Part shown: positions 62,783 to 64,000 of the stretch, one piece after another
Layout of the letters: the number at the start of each line of letters is the position of its first letter
Position numbering within the stretch: the first letter of the stretch is position 1
Virus record (IMG/VR): IMGVR_UViG_3300011008_000045
Coordinates: 1-64,000 of that record
Reading direction: 5' to 3' (one strand)
From: a virus
Taxonomy: Duplodnaviria > Caudoviricetes
Length of the DNA stretch: 64,000 nt
The notes under the pieces: generated by a model
Seen by the model: the letters and a program-made list of their open reading frames with translations, nothing else
What the model was told of the DNA's origin: nothing
The model's database searches: none
Translations under genes and position numbers: made by a program

Positions 62783-62791
62783 AGTTTAATT

Positions 62792-62820
62792 TCCCGGATA
62801 CCTTAAATGGGTATCCGGGA
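62792..62820 (+). terminator. Intrinsic terminator
   Basis: tcccggatacc/ggtatccggga inverted repeat. Confidence 0.7.
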
Positions 62821-62953
62821 TTAATATTTTATTTTGTAATATACAGTTTAATAATAATTTTAATTATATATTATATAATTATAATAATAGAAAGGATTGA
62901 TTTTATTATGAAACTCATATTACCTATAAAGATTATTTCTGAGGTGATTTTAA

Positions 62954-63838
62954 ATGAATAAATTTTTAACTCCTAAAGGCGATGCTATGCATCGTATTAT
63001 AATAAAAGATATATTAAAACATGGAAGCTATGATGAAGATCCTAGAGCACATTATAAAGATGGAGAATCTGCTAATAGTAAATTCATAACACAGAAGATG
63101 ATACAATATGATATACTTAATGGACAATCTCCAATGATAAGCCTTAGACCAATAGCTTGGAAATCTGCTATAAAAGAAATATTATGGATATATCAAGATC
63201 AATCAAATTCTCTTAATTTATTAAGAGATAAATATGGAATTAAATGGTGGGATTCTTGGGATATCGGAGATGGTACTATTGGTAAACGATATGGAGAAAC
63301 TGTAAGACGTTATGATCTTATCAATAAACTTATTAAAGATCTTAAAGAAAATCCGTTTGGTAGAAGACATGTATTATCATTATGGCAAGATCAAGATTTC
63401 GATGAAGACTCCAAAGGATTAAATCCATGTGCTTTTATGAGTATTTATACTGTGAGGAGAATGTATTTAAATAGTAATAAACTTTTATTGGATGCTACAT
63501 TGATACAACGCTCTAGTGATTATCCAACAAGTTGTACTATTAATGAAATACAATATCTTGCATTACAATTTATGCTTGCTAAAACATGTGACTATATTCC
63601 TGGGAAATTCGTGCATTTTATACAGAATGCTCATATCTATAGTCGACATTTTGATGCTGCTAAAGAATTAATATCCAGAAAATCTATAGAATGTAATCCT
63701 ATATTGGTATTGAATACTGATAAAACTAATTTCTATGATTTTACTATAGATGATTTCGATATGCTGGATTATCCTATAGAGAAAATTAAAAATATTAATC
63801 CTCAGATTAATATTTTTAGAGATGATATAGCTATATAG
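62954..63838 (+). CDS. thyA: Thymidylate synthase
   Basis: EILWI, IGKRYG, RRH, LNPC, QRSSD, NEIQY, NAHIY. Confidence 0.93.
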   Translation: MNKFLTPKGDAMHRIIIKDILKHGSYDEDPRAHYKDGESANSKFITQKMIQYDILNGQSPMISLRPIAWKSAIKEILWIYQDQSNSLNLLRDKYGIKWWDSWDIGDGTIGKRYGETVRRYDLINKLIKDLKENPFGRRHVLSLWQDQDFDEDSKGLNPCAFMSIYTVRRMYLNSNKLLLDATLIQRSSDYPTSCTINEIQYLALQFMLAKTCDYIPGKFVHFIQNAHIYSRHFDAAKELISRKSIECNPILVLNTDKTNFYDFTIDDFDMLDYPIEKIKNINPQINIFRDDIAI

Positions 63839-63863
63839 TTTTAATGAAAGGAATTTATTTATT

Positions 63864-64000
63864 ATGAGATTATTTAATAAAAAAATAAAAACCATATTAC
63901 AACAGAATAGAGCAATACAGTCTAAAGTAATATATAATACTAAGTTTAATGTGATTATATTAGTACAATATTATGATTCTAATTTATATTCTGCCATGCA
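63864..64000 (+). CDS. Hypothetical protein, truncated by window end
   Basis: gaaagga RBS, ATG 63864, open to the end. Confidence 0.5.
   Translation, partial: MRLFNKKIKTILQQNRAIQSKVIYNTKFNVIILVQYYDSNLYSAM

Overview
AT-rich 64-kb segment of a jumbo phage genome of the AR9/PBS1-phiKZ type; strong AGGAGG ribosome-binding sites suggest a Firmicutes host (inference). It encodes replication and transcription genes: Mre11/SbcD-like nuclease, DnaB and Dda/RecD-like helicases, GyrB, GyrA, primase, ThyA, a GroEL-like chaperonin, a multisubunit RNAP beta' N-terminal subunit and a probable sigma-like nvRNAP subunit. It also carries baseplate and tail-fibre genes and three Bro-N genes. Three ORF-less group I introns (284-287 nt) split gyrB, the sigma-like gene and the RNAP beta' gene. 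The standout feature is a promoter- and terminator-bounded array of 17-18 dual-repeat units of about 37 nt at 43088-43766, with two 9-nt variable spacers per unit (TIGR-like). About 3 kb away, under an identical 20-nt promoter motif, lies a nuclease-less IS110/Nop-domain gene (46759-47943, TasA-like); together they form a candidate phage RNA-guided DNA-targeting system. Other notable items: a free-standing extein-less intein-derived protein, covarying DNA hairpins inside every Bro-N gene plus a scrambled Bro relic, a probable -1 frameshift in a tail/baseplate chaperone, a shared KQMYELV peptide motif, two promoter classes and a strand-skewed non-coding origin candidate. All assignments come from motif reading by eye; no database searches were run.
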